Source: Fluviicola sp. | Lineage (GTDB): Bacteria; Bacteroidota; Bacteroidia; Flavobacteriales_D; Crocinitomicaceae | Assembly: GCF_029266855.1 (NCBI RefSeq) | Contig: NZ_JAQSWB010000002.1 | Location: 544,106 to 608,105 of the forward strand | Length of the DNA: 64,000 nt | Direction of reading: 5' to 3' | Position numbers and translations under genes: made by a program | Notes under the pieces: model-generated | The model's input: the letters and a program-made list of their open reading frames with translations, nothing else | What the model was told of the DNA's origin: nothing | Database searches by the model: none | In this document: positions 47,230 through 56,263 of the stretch, piece after piece | Layout: each line of letters starts with the position of its first letter | Numbering within the stretch: position 1 is the stretch's first letter

Positions 47230-48141
47230 ATGAGAAGATTTACTAGTCCGTTAGAGCCTGATATTGGGTTTAGACACTATTTACTGGGTCTTGTTGCTAT
47301 TCTTATCGGTGTTTATTTTTTAGGAGCTTCTTTGATTGGTCTTCTTATTTCAACGAAGTTTCCTGCAGGCGAAATCCAGGGATCGTTTTCAGATGCTCAG
47401 AACCTGTTCTCTAAAAATGAATTCTTCGCTTTAAATATGATCCCCTTTGCATTGGGAATCTTAACAATCGCATTTTGCTCCAGGCTTATTTTTAAAAGAC
47501 CATTCAGAAGTTTTTTAACTGCCCGACCAAGATTTGATTTTACCCGTTTTTTCTTTTCCTTCGGTTTGTGGTCTACCTTAATGATGGTTTCTTTTTTCAT
47601 CACTTTTATTGACCTTAATCACCAGGTTCGCTGGAATTTTCAGAATGAACACTTTTTTTATCTCCTGCTCATATCGATTATTCTTGTACCGATCCAAACC
47701 GGGTTTGAAGAAATTCTTTTCAGGGGCTTTCTCCTTCAGTTGTTTGGAAAGGTCACACAAAAGGGGATTTATTTGATTGGTATCAATGCAGTTCTTTTTG
47801 CCTCGGTGCATTTAATGAATCCTGAAGTTGATACCTTGGGAGCGCCTGCAATTTTGTATTACATTCTGTCAGGAGTTTTTGCGGCATTAATTACGGTTAT
47901 GGATAATGGATTGGAACTTTCCTGGGGTTTTCATTTGGCAAACAACCTCTTTGGGATTGTTATAGTGACAAATGATTGGCAGGTGATCAGGACTGATGCC
48001 TTGTTTAAAGACGTGTCTCCTCCGGGATTAGGTTGGGATATGTATGTAACCATGTTCCTGTTTTATCCGTTAATGATTCTTGTTTTTTGGTTGGTTTACC
48101 GATGGAAAAACTGGAATAAGGTACTTTTACAAAGTAAATGA
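47230..48141 (+). CDS. CPBP (CAAX protease-like) intramembrane glutamic endopeptidase
   Basis: FEEILFRG, FASVHL, GFHLANN motifs. Confidence 0.9.
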   Translation: MRRFTSPLEPDIGFRHYLLGLVAILIGVYFLGASLIGLLISTKFPAGEIQGSFSDAQNLFSKNEFFALNMIPFALGILTIAFCSRLIFKRPFRSFLTARPRFDFTRFFFSFGLWSTLMMVSFFITFIDLNHQVRWNFQNEHFFYLLLISIILVPIQTGFEEILFRGFLLQLFGKVTQKGIYLIGINAVLFASVHLMNPEVDTLGAPAILYYILSGVFAALITVMDNGLELSWGFHLANNLFGIVIVTNDWQVIRTDALFKDVSPPGLGWDMYVTMFLFYPLMILVFWLVYRWKNWNKVLLQSK

Positions 48142-48158
48142 ATCATTTTTTTGATTAA

Positions 48159-49082
48159 ATGTTAGAAATTCAAGAGCTTACAAAGCGCTACCAACGAAAG
48201 GCAGCAATAGATCAGGTGTCATTCAGCCTCCGGAAAGGAGAGGTTTTTGGATTGCTTGGTCCGAATGGGGCAGGTAAAACAACACTTATCCGGATTATTA
48301 ATAAAATAATCGAACAGGATTCCGGAACGATCCGGTTTAATGGAGATTTGTTGCAGCAAAAGCATTTGGCCCATATTGGTTATTTACCGGAAGAAAGAGG
48401 TTTGTATAAGCAAATGACGGTGGAAGCTCATGCTCATTTTTTAGGTGCTTTACGCGGAATGAGTAAAAGTGAAATCAATACTTCCCTGGATTACTGGCTA
48501 AATAAATTCAATTGTCTGGATTGGCGAAAGAAACGGATTCAGGAACTTTCCAAGGGAATGGCACAGAAAATCCAGTTCATTTACGCGATTTTACATGAAC
48601 CTGATCTGCTGATTTTGGATGAACCTTTTTCAGGTTTTGACCCGGTAAATATTGAATTGATAAAAGCCGAACTGCAGGAAATGAAATTGAAAGGAAAAAC
48701 CATTTTGATTTCAACGCATAATATGCAGAGTGTAGAGGAAATTTGTGATCGGGTGGTGTTAATTCATCAGTCCAAAAAAGTATTGGAAGGACGTGTGAGC
48801 GAAATCCGGGAGAAGCAAAAAACCGGGGAATACGCGGTGAAATTCAGGGGGAATATGATTGCCTTTGTCAACGCCCTTTGGATTGGATTTGAACTCATAG
48901 ATAAAGAAATTTTAGGCGATGACCGTTTTATTGCACGGGTGAAAATGCGAGGAGATAATTCGTTTGAAGATTTATTGAAGACCCTAATTGGCCAGGTGAA
49001 GATCGAAGCAGCCTGGGAAGTTTTACCAAGTATGAATGAAGTGTTTATTTCAACTGTAACAGCAGGCAACGATGAGAAATAG
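48159..49082 (+). CDS. ABC transporter ATP-binding protein (NatA-like)
   Basis: GPNGAGKTT, LSKGMAQK, ILDEPFSG. Confidence 0.95.
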   Translation: MLEIQELTKRYQRKAAIDQVSFSLRKGEVFGLLGPNGAGKTTLIRIINKIIEQDSGTIRFNGDLLQQKHLAHIGYLPEERGLYKQMTVEAHAHFLGALRGMSKSEINTSLDYWLNKFNCLDWRKKRIQELSKGMAQKIQFIYAILHEPDLLILDEPFSGFDPVNIELIKAELQEMKLKGKTILISTHNMQSVEEICDRVVLIHQSKKVLEGRVSEIREKQKTGEYAVKFRGNMIAFVNALWIGFELIDKEILGDDRFIARVKMRGDNSFEDLLKTLIGQVKIEAAWEVLPSMNEVFISTVTAGNDEK

Positions 49083-50361
49083 TTGGATAATTGCAATGCG
49101 CGAATTGCGCGAACGACTGGGAAGCCGCTCATTTTTATTGATGGCCATCTTAGGCCCATTGGTGGTTCTTACGTTTACCTACCTGATCTTCCAGTTCGGA
49201 GGAAAGGAACAGCAAAAATGGCATGTATTGATTGTAGATCCTGCAAATGTGATGGAACACAAGATCATGTCGGGGGAAGATCCGAATATTGAGTATTCGT
49301 TTGCTACGAATTATATTGAGATCGAACAGTTCGCTGAAGACAAACGCTTTACTCCGTATGACGCAATGGTGGAGGTAAACGAAAAGATTCTTTCCAATAA
49401 ATCCTGTTTCTTATTTTACCGCGAAAAACCGTCGTTCAATATGTCGGTCAATATTCGCTACCAGGTTGAAAGACGCCTGGAGGAAGTTCTTGCAAAGGAA
49501 TTCACGGATTTGTCTGTGTCCGACTTCAGGAAAATAAAACAGCCCCTGAATTTTGCTTTCAGAAATGTCTATGACCCGAATGATGTAAAGAGTGATTTGT
49601 CAGGATGGGTTGGTTTATTCTTCGGAGCAGTGATCTTTGTCTTTATCTTCCTGTTCGGAATGACGATATTACGCTCGGTGTCCCGCGAAAAGACGAATCG
49701 GGTGGTGGAAATTTTGTTGGCAACAGTGAAACCACGTTCCTTAATGCTTGGAAAGATTCTAGGTATCGGTATAAGTGCTTTTATCCAGGTGTTTTTGTGG
49801 GTATTGATCATTGGTCTGGGCTTATACTTTATGCGTGAAACTATTTTCGTGGATATTTATGATGCGTCCAATCAGATCGAAGGGCAGGTGAGTGACTATA
49901 ACCAGTTCGTGGAGTTGGTATTTGACCGGGTTCAGTTTGGAGTGATGTTGTTTTATTTCTCACTCTTTTTTGCTTGCGGATATTTATTCTACGGTGCGTT
50001 TTTTGCTGCATTGGGAGCAATTTCCGGTTCTGAATCCGACGGACAACAATTCCTCGTTCCCCTTATCCTGATACTTTGTTTTGCATTGTACGCCGGTTAT
50101 TTCGCCCTGGAAAACCCTGATAGTCCGTGGACTACATTCTTACTGTATTTCCCGTTTACAGCACCTGTTGTTGCAATGGTAAAATTATCCATCGGATTTA
50201 CGGATGGAGATGCATATCAATTGTTTGTTTCACTATTTTTATTACTGATAAGCTCAGTTGGTGTGATTGCAATAGCAGCACGATTATTCAAAAATGGTCT
50301 GCTTCAGTTTGGTCATACCCTGCGATTTAAAAATATTATTCTTTGGTTGAAAAGCAAGTAA
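49072..50361 (+). CDS. ABC-2 type permease (NatB-like)
   Basis: REKTNRVVEILL, LGKILG, PFTAPV; overlaps the ATPase gene. Confidence 0.9.
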   Translation: MRNSWIIAMRELRERLGSRSFLLMAILGPLVVLTFTYLIFQFGGKEQQKWHVLIVDPANVMEHKIMSGEDPNIEYSFATNYIEIEQFAEDKRFTPYDAMVEVNEKILSNKSCFLFYREKPSFNMSVNIRYQVERRLEEVLAKEFTDLSVSDFRKIKQPLNFAFRNVYDPNDVKSDLSGWVGLFFGAVIFVFIFLFGMTILRSVSREKTNRVVEILLATVKPRSLMLGKILGIGISAFIQVFLWVLIIGLGLYFMRETIFVDIYDASNQIEGQVSDYNQFVELVFDRVQFGVMLFYFSLFFACGYLFYGAFFAALGAISGSESDGQQFLVPLILILCFALYAGYFALENPDSPWTTFLLYFPFTAPVVAMVKLSIGFTDGDAYQLFVSLFLLLISSVGVIAIAARLFKNGLLQFGHTLRFKNIILWLKSK

Positions 50362-50362
50362 A

Positions 50363-51256
50363 ATGCGTGTAGCCGTTATTGATCTGGGGACAAATACCTT
50401 TAATCTTCTCGTTGCGGATGTACATTCCACCGGGTTTGATATTGTACATAATTCGAAAGAAGGTGTCGCTCTGGGAATGGGGGGGATCAATGAAGGACGG
50501 ATTTCTGGAGAGGCAATGGAGCGGGCATTTCGTGCTTTTGAAAAATTCAAAGGGATTTGTAATGGCTTAAACGTTGCAACGATTACCGGGATTGGTACTT
50601 CAGCTGTCAGAGATGCTGATAATAACGAAGAATTCCTCAGTGAAATAAAAAAGCGTTTCGGTATTGAAATTGAGATCGTGGATGGATTGGAGGAAGCGGA
50701 ACTGATTTATCAGGGTGTGAGCTGGTCTTACCATTTCGAAAAGACCTCACTTATTATGGATATCGGTGGTGGAAGTACAGAGTTTATCCGCATTGAATCC
50801 GGTAGGGAATTGGAGTTTCTGAGCGCAAATATTGGAGTTTCAAGAGCAATTCAATTATTTCAATTGGAAGATCCCCTGTCTAAAGAAAATCAAAAGGAAC
50901 TGATCTCCTGGTTTGAAGAAAATGCAGGAGAGCTCAAACATTTTTCTGCCTGCGACGTACTTGTCGGAGCTTCCGGAAGTTTTGAGACTTTTTATGAAAT
51001 GGTTCACGAGGAAGAATTCCCTAATAAACTGGAAAATATCCGGCTTTCAAGAGAGGAACTGATGGCTACTTTGAATTGGATCATTGAATCAACCTTTGAA
51101 CAAAGAGAAAACCATCCGTTTATTATTCCGATCAGGAGAAAAATGGCCCCGATCGCTGCATTAAAGACCAAATGGATCGTCGAAAAATTCGAAATAAAAG
51201 AAATCGTAATCTCGCCCTGCTCCCTGAAAGAAGGAGTCCTAAGAAGATTCTTCTGA
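50363..51256 (+). CDS. ppx: Ppx/GppA family exopolyphosphatase
   Basis: IDLGTNTFNL, GTSAVRDA, MDIGGGSTE, SLKEG. Confidence 0.9.
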   Translation: MRVAVIDLGTNTFNLLVADVHSTGFDIVHNSKEGVALGMGGINEGRISGEAMERAFRAFEKFKGICNGLNVATITGIGTSAVRDADNNEEFLSEIKKRFGIEIEIVDGLEEAELIYQGVSWSYHFEKTSLIMDIGGGSTEFIRIESGRELEFLSANIGVSRAIQLFQLEDPLSKENQKELISWFEENAGELKHFSACDVLVGASGSFETFYEMVHEEEFPNKLENIRLSREELMATLNWIIESTFEQRENHPFIIPIRRKMAPIAALKTKWIVEKFEIKEIVISPCSLKEGVLRRFF

Positions 51257-51421
51257 GAATTACGAATTCCTGATGATTTAAAGGGAAACAAAATTTATGA
51301 TCGATGCTTTGTAAGTTGAGTAACCTAATTTTAGATCCAGCCGAAACATACGCTATTAATTCGTAATTAGGCATTCGTAATTCGTAATTTAATAGCTATT
51401 TTCGTTCACCAATAAAAACAC

Positions 51422-52594
51422 ATGGCAAAGATTTTAATCATTGATGATGAGCGTGCTATTCGCAGGGCATTGCGTGAAATTCTGGAATTTGAAGATTTCC
51501 AGGTAGACGAAGCTGAGAATGGAGTAGAGGGACTTGAAAAAGCCAAAAACACCTTATACGATATTATTTTTTGCGATATAAAAATGCCTCAAATGGATGG
51601 CATGGAAGTTTTGGACGCATTAATTGCTCAAAAGATCGAGACACCGGTTATTATGATCTCAGGACACGGGAACATTGAAACGGCTGTGGATGCAATTAAA
51701 AAAGGAGCTTTCGACTTTATTGAAAAACCATTGGACTTAAACCGTATTCTGGTTACAATCAGAAATGCAAAGGACCGTGTGGTTTTGGTTGAAGAAACAA
51801 AACAGCTGAAAACCACTGTCCGCAAGTTCAAAGGATCATCTATCATTGGTGAAACGGAAGGAATCTTCAAGATCAAGGAAATGATTGAGAAAGTGGCCCC
51901 TTCTGATGCGCGTGTTCTCATTACGGGGGCAAACGGTTCGGGGAAAGAATTGGTGGCACGTTCGCTTCACGATCTTTCCAACCGGAGAAAAATGCCATTT
52001 GTGGAAGTAAATTGTGCGGCTATTCCAAGCGAATTGATAGAAAGTGAATTATTTGGGCATGAGAAAGGCGCATTTACCTCTGCTGTAAAGGATAAAAAGG
52101 GAAAATTCGAACTGGCTTCGGGTGGAACGCTTTTCCTGGATGAGATCGGGGATATGAGTGCTTCGGCCCAGGCAAAAGTACTAAGAGCTTTACAGGAGAA
52201 TGTTATTCAGCGCGTAGGCAGCGAGCGGGATATTAAAATTGATGCTCGTGTTGTAGCTGCAACCAATAAAGATCTAAGCCTGGAAATTGCTGAAGGGCGC
52301 TTCAGAGAAGATTTATATCACCGTTTGGCAGTGATTTTAATTCACGTTCCTTCATTAAATGAACGCCGTGACGATATCCCGATGCTTGCAGAACACTTTA
52401 TCGCCTTGGTTTGCAATGAACACGGGATTCCGAAGAAAGAGTTTACAGAGGATGCACTGCTTGAATTACAGCAAACCGATTGGACAGGAAATATCAGGGA
52501 ACTAAGAAATATTGTGGAACGTTTGGTGATTCTGTGTGGCAATAAAATTACGGGAGATGATGTGAAAATGTTCGCAAATCCGAAAAAGAAATAG
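51422..52594 (+). CDS. Sigma-54-dependent response regulator (receiver + AAA+; NtrX/NtrC-like, no obvious C-terminal HTH)
   Basis: Receiver DD...DIKMP; GANGSGKE, ESELFGHEKGAFT, GNIRELRN. Confidence 0.92.
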   Translation: MAKILIIDDERAIRRALREILEFEDFQVDEAENGVEGLEKAKNTLYDIIFCDIKMPQMDGMEVLDALIAQKIETPVIMISGHGNIETAVDAIKKGAFDFIEKPLDLNRILVTIRNAKDRVVLVEETKQLKTTVRKFKGSSIIGETEGIFKIKEMIEKVAPSDARVLITGANGSGKELVARSLHDLSNRRKMPFVEVNCAAIPSELIESELFGHEKGAFTSAVKDKKGKFELASGGTLFLDEIGDMSASAQAKVLRALQENVIQRVGSERDIKIDARVVAATNKDLSLEIAEGRFREDLYHRLAVILIHVPSLNERRDDIPMLAEHFIALVCNEHGIPKKEFTEDALLELQQTDWTGNIRELRNIVERLVILCGNKITGDDVKMFANPKKK

Positions 52595-52608
52595 CAGGAA
52601 CGCAATAT

Positions 52609-52646
52609 AAAAAGTAGGGCCGCGATACTTCGCGGCCCTACTTTTT
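52609..52646. terminator. Bidirectional intrinsic terminator
   Basis: AAAAAGTAGGGCCGCGA-tact-TCGCGGCCCTACTTTTT perfect stem between convergent genes. Confidence 0.9.
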
Positions 52647-52665
52647 ATTCAAATTTAAATTCAAA

Positions 52666-53103
52666 TTATTTTTTCATTTCCTTAGCTCCCATTTTCATCA
52701 GGGCATAAGTGAATTCACACCCTTTCTTTGCTTTCAGGGTAGTTAAGATCTTCTCGATTACTTCTTCTTCTGATTCTGAAGTGTATACCTTATCGTATTT
52801 TTTCTCCAAATCTTTCGAGCAAGTCTCCATATCTTTTCCAAGATCGATCATTGCCTGCGCATCTGCCATTCCGGTTTTTAAATCTTTCATCATAACCTCT
52901 GTCATAGCAGCTTGCATATCTGTTCCGTCTTTTTCAGACTTGATGATAGCATCTTTCATGTTGTCGGAAATTCCGTCAGAAGATTTGTTTACACAATCGC
53001 ACATGTCTGTTGCCATTGCATCGTAATCAGCATCATTTGCCATGTTACAGGAAGTAACAAGAACCGCACTTGAAACCGTAAGTAATAGTAATAATTTTTT
53101 CAT
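52666..53103 (-). CDS. Hypothetical lipoprotein
   Basis: Lipobox VTSC; DMCDCV and C-terminal C suggest disulfides; helical. Confidence 0.75.
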   Translation of the reverse strand: MKKLLLLLTVSSAVLVTSCNMANDADYDAMATDMCDCVNKSSDGISDNMKDAIIKSEKDGTDMQAAMTEVMMKDLKTGMADAQAMIDLGKDMETCSKDLEKKYDKVYTSESEEEVIEKILTTLKAKKGCEFTYALMKMGAKEMKK

Positions 53104-53215
53104 CCTTTATTTTTTTCTTTAAAACTAACCAAAATAATTTAATGGAAAATGTAGAATTGATAAGTGTGAAAGCATAATTGATAATCGACAAGAAATTGCG
53201 TTGGGGCTATTCTGA

Positions 53216-54166
53216 TCAATTCGCCATAGCTGATCCCAATAATTCAATTCCTCCCCACTCAAGAACATCAAATCCGTCTCGGTTGAGTTTCTGTAAAACT
53301 TGCGGCTTTTGTATTTGCGGCTTTAGATTATCTGTATTCGACCAAATCATGTAAACCCGGTTTAGATGCAGGGGTTTCGGTTCAATATTCAAACTTGCGA
53401 ACTCGTTACAGGCATCGTTCAGTATAAATTGGATCATTACTTCTTCGTGTTGTTGAAGCTGCGGGCCCCAGAAAGTGATGAAATCCGCTTTTTCCTTATC
53501 GTTGAAACCCAACTCGGATAAATAGTTTTCCAATGAGGTAACAATAGTTGATCTGGTAAGAATAAAACCACCCAGTTTTGGGTCAAACGTGTTAAAGTTT
53601 TGTTCCGATTCCCAGAATAGATACGGATAACGTGTTCCGGAGATATCAATAGAACCGTCAGGATGCGCAGTGCCTCTCCAGCCCCCGGAATATTCCGGAT
53701 AAGAGAAGGTCAGATTGCCTTTTGGTTTTAATTGCACGGAAAGCTCGGTGTCTTTTTCGGGATAAAGGTATATAACTGGTTTCTTGACTGGTCTCATTTC
53801 ATTTTGATCTTTAAAATGAAGTGAAATGATCGTGATTTGGCCTTCTTTTATTTCGATGCTGTCGGTCTCTATCTCCTGGAAATTTTGGTCGTAGAAAAAC
53901 TGAAAAACACTCTTTTGTGGTTTTCGGATGATGACGCATTCATTTTTGTCGTTGAGTTTAATCGTTTCATCACTTCCGTTGATGCCGAATTTCAATTTTC
54001 TTATCGGATTATAATCCGAATCGAATTCACAGATAATTTTGATCCTGCTGCCCATGCGGCTTAGATGATTATCCTTTTCATAATGAACAAAATAATCAGG
54101 GATCCATTCAGGTCTATTGGCAAACAGATTGCTGCTGACTAATAAAAAAAAGAGTAGTGTGCGCAT
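53216..54166 (-). CDS. Uncharacterised secreted protein, KPVIYL...YPYLFW...DFITxW...EWGG family (copy 3)
   Basis: Signal peptide; motifs shared with the two neighbours. Confidence 0.8.
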   Translation of the reverse strand: MRTLLFFLLVSSNLFANRPEWIPDYFVHYEKDNHLSRMGSRIKIICEFDSDYNPIRKLKFGINGSDETIKLNDKNECVIIRKPQKSVFQFFYDQNFQEIETDSIEIKEGQITIISLHFKDQNEMRPVKKPVIYLYPEKDTELSVQLKPKGNLTFSYPEYSGGWRGTAHPDGSIDISGTRYPYLFWESEQNFNTFDPKLGGFILTRSTIVTSLENYLSELGFNDKEKADFITFWGPQLQQHEEVMIQFILNDACNEFASLNIEPKPLHLNRVYMIWSNTDNLKPQIQKPQVLQKLNRDGFDVLEWGGIELLGSAMAN

Positions 54167-54169
54167 AAT

Positions 54170-55153
54170 TTATAAATTTGATTGAATTTCAATTCCTCCC
54201 CATTCTACCAGGTAGTTATTGGTTCGGTTAACAGGTTTTAGCTTGGTTAATTTCAAGGGAAGTGTCTCGTCCTTAAGATCGTTGATTTCTTTAAAAATGA
54301 TATAAACCCGGTTTTGAGTGAATCCATTCGAAATGTCAAGGGAAGCGATATCCTGAATGGCTTCATTTTGAATCCACAATACCTCAACATAATTCATTTT
54401 TTGCATGCGGGGCCCCCAATAGGTAATGAAATCTGCCTTTTCCTTTGCATTAAATCCTAAGTGATCCAAATTTGCTGAAAGGTATGCAGTTGTTTGTTCT
54501 CCAATTAGTTGGTCGGCATCTTCCCAGTTCAATTTTAAACGTTCTGCAGACAGCTGTGCATCCCAAAACAAGTAGGGATAATTTGTGCCATTCATTTGAA
54601 TGATGCCGCTCTTACTTGCGGTTCCTTTCCATTCATCCTGATAGGCCGGATAAGTGAATTGCAGTTCAGCATCTGTTCTGATCTTTAAAGTGAATGCTTC
54701 TTCTGTTTCACTATACAGGTAAATAACCGGTTTTTCTAACATGATCTGTCTGCCGGAGTTATTATAGGATTCTTTAAAGTTTAACCCGATTTCATAGTAA
54801 TGTCCACCGGTCAATTCTTTTTCGAAATGAAGTTCTTCAAAATTTGCGTTCAGGAAGAATGATAAGGAGTGTTTTCCTTTTGGCAAGAGGAAGTTAAAGC
54901 TTCGCTTCTTATCGGTAACGGTATACTTTTTCATTTTTCCATCGATCTTTACCTGGATAACCGCAGCATGCTGGTTCAGCATTAACTGATTGTAGTGATC
55001 CGTCACATTAAAAACCAGTCTTACACTGTCCTGATGAATAGATTTGGAAAGGCTGTCTTTGATTACCCAAACGGATGGATAAGATTCTTTCAAACCGGAA
55101 AATCCGTATAAAGGAAGGGACAGAGAAATTAATAAAATCAATTTTTGAATCAT
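54170..55153 (-). CDS. Uncharacterised secreted protein, KPVIYL...EWGG family (copy 2)
   Basis: EKPVIYLY, YPYLFWD, DFITYW, EWGG. Confidence 0.8.
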   Translation of the reverse strand: MIQKLILLISLSLPLYGFSGLKESYPSVWVIKDSLSKSIHQDSVRLVFNVTDHYNQLMLNQHAAVIQVKIDGKMKKYTVTDKKRSFNFLLPKGKHSLSFFLNANFEELHFEKELTGGHYYEIGLNFKESYNNSGRQIMLEKPVIYLYSETEEAFTLKIRTDAELQFTYPAYQDEWKGTASKSGIIQMNGTNYPYLFWDAQLSAERLKLNWEDADQLIGEQTTAYLSANLDHLGFNAKEKADFITYWGPRMQKMNYVEVLWIQNEAIQDIASLDISNGFTQNRVYIIFKEINDLKDETLPLKLTKLKPVNRTNNYLVEWGGIEIQSNL

Positions 55154-56121
55154 AATGCGGTGTTTTTTAGTTCAAATCCTCCCCATTCCAATAAATTGAA
55201 TCCCTCGCGTTTAAAAGCAGGAAGGTCAATTGGATGAAGAAAAGGTGTCAGGGTTTCGTTCCATTCGGAGAAGCCAATATAAAGCCGGTTGATCGTTTCG
55301 GGCTTTGGATCGCACTGGATCGTTGCAAATTGATTACAATCTTCCTGCAGGAAAAATTGAATAAAAACGGTTTCGTATTCAGTTAAACGAGGTCCCCAGT
55401 AAGTAATGAAATCGGTTTTTTCAGTAGGAGTCAAACCTGCTCTTGAAAGTTGTTTTTCCAGGAACGGAATCACTTCCTGCTTAGATATGCGGTAACCATT
55501 GGATTGGTCTTTTAACTTGAAATCTTGCTTCGAATCCCAAAAAAGGTAAGGGTAAATTTGTTTGTTTATCTCGATTTCTCCGTTTGGATAAAGTGTTCCT
55601 TTCCACTGGTCAGTGTAAGGCGGGTATGTAAAAGTGAAATCATTCGTGGGATTTACCCGTAAAGAAAAATCGAGTTTAACGGGAGTCTGCAGGTAAATAA
55701 CCGGTTTGTCAACTTCGATCATCAGGTTTTCAGAAATAAAACTGATTTGTGCATCATTTGTCGTCTGATTCTCAATCAGGATCGTATCACTAATTACCTC
55801 GTCATAACCAGGCCCCGGCCAGAATTTGAAAATGGTTTTTCCTGCCTTGATCTGGATCGTACGTGTGTAGCCCGGAGCAAGAATAAAGGTGTCCGCCACT
55901 TCATTGATCGAATAATAAATGATAGTTTCATAACCTTTTGGGATTTCGCTGAAATTTATGCTGCTGAAATGAAGTGTGATTTTTGCTTCTCCGTTTTTGA
56001 TAGCCGTGTTTTTAGCCGTGTTATATATATAAAAACCGGGAATGGATTTTCGTTGTTCGAAAGCTTTTATCGGGAACGCTATTCCGATCAATACTAATAA
56101 GAGTAAGGAAATGATTTTCAT
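55150..56121 (-). CDS. Uncharacterised secreted protein, KPVIYL...EWGG family (copy 1)
   Basis: DKPVIYLQ, YPYLFWD, DFITYW, EWGG; 4-nt overlap with the next gene. Confidence 0.8.
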   Translation of the reverse strand: MKIISLLLLVLIGIAFPIKAFEQRKSIPGFYIYNTAKNTAIKNGEAKITLHFSSINFSEIPKGYETIIYYSINEVADTFILAPGYTRTIQIKAGKTIFKFWPGPGYDEVISDTILIENQTTNDAQISFISENLMIEVDKPVIYLQTPVKLDFSLRVNPTNDFTFTYPPYTDQWKGTLYPNGEIEINKQIYPYLFWDSKQDFKLKDQSNGYRISKQEVIPFLEKQLSRAGLTPTEKTDFITYWGPRLTEYETVFIQFFLQEDCNQFATIQCDPKPETINRLYIGFSEWNETLTPFLHPIDLPAFKREGFNLLEWGGFELKNTAL

Positions 56122-56263
56122 GATTCGATATTAGAACAATTAGCTATACATTCCAAATTCAGTTTCGTTCATAAAGGGTTGAAATCAGAAATAACGATAA
56201 TTTGTAGTAAAACAAGCTTTGGAAGATTAAAGTTCTTATTTTTGGGTGCAATAATTTATACTT

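Noticed and set aside
47230-48141. Abortive-infection system (Abi/CPBP label)
   Set aside because: CPBP is an intramembrane protease family; here it sits in an ordinary ABC-ppx operon.
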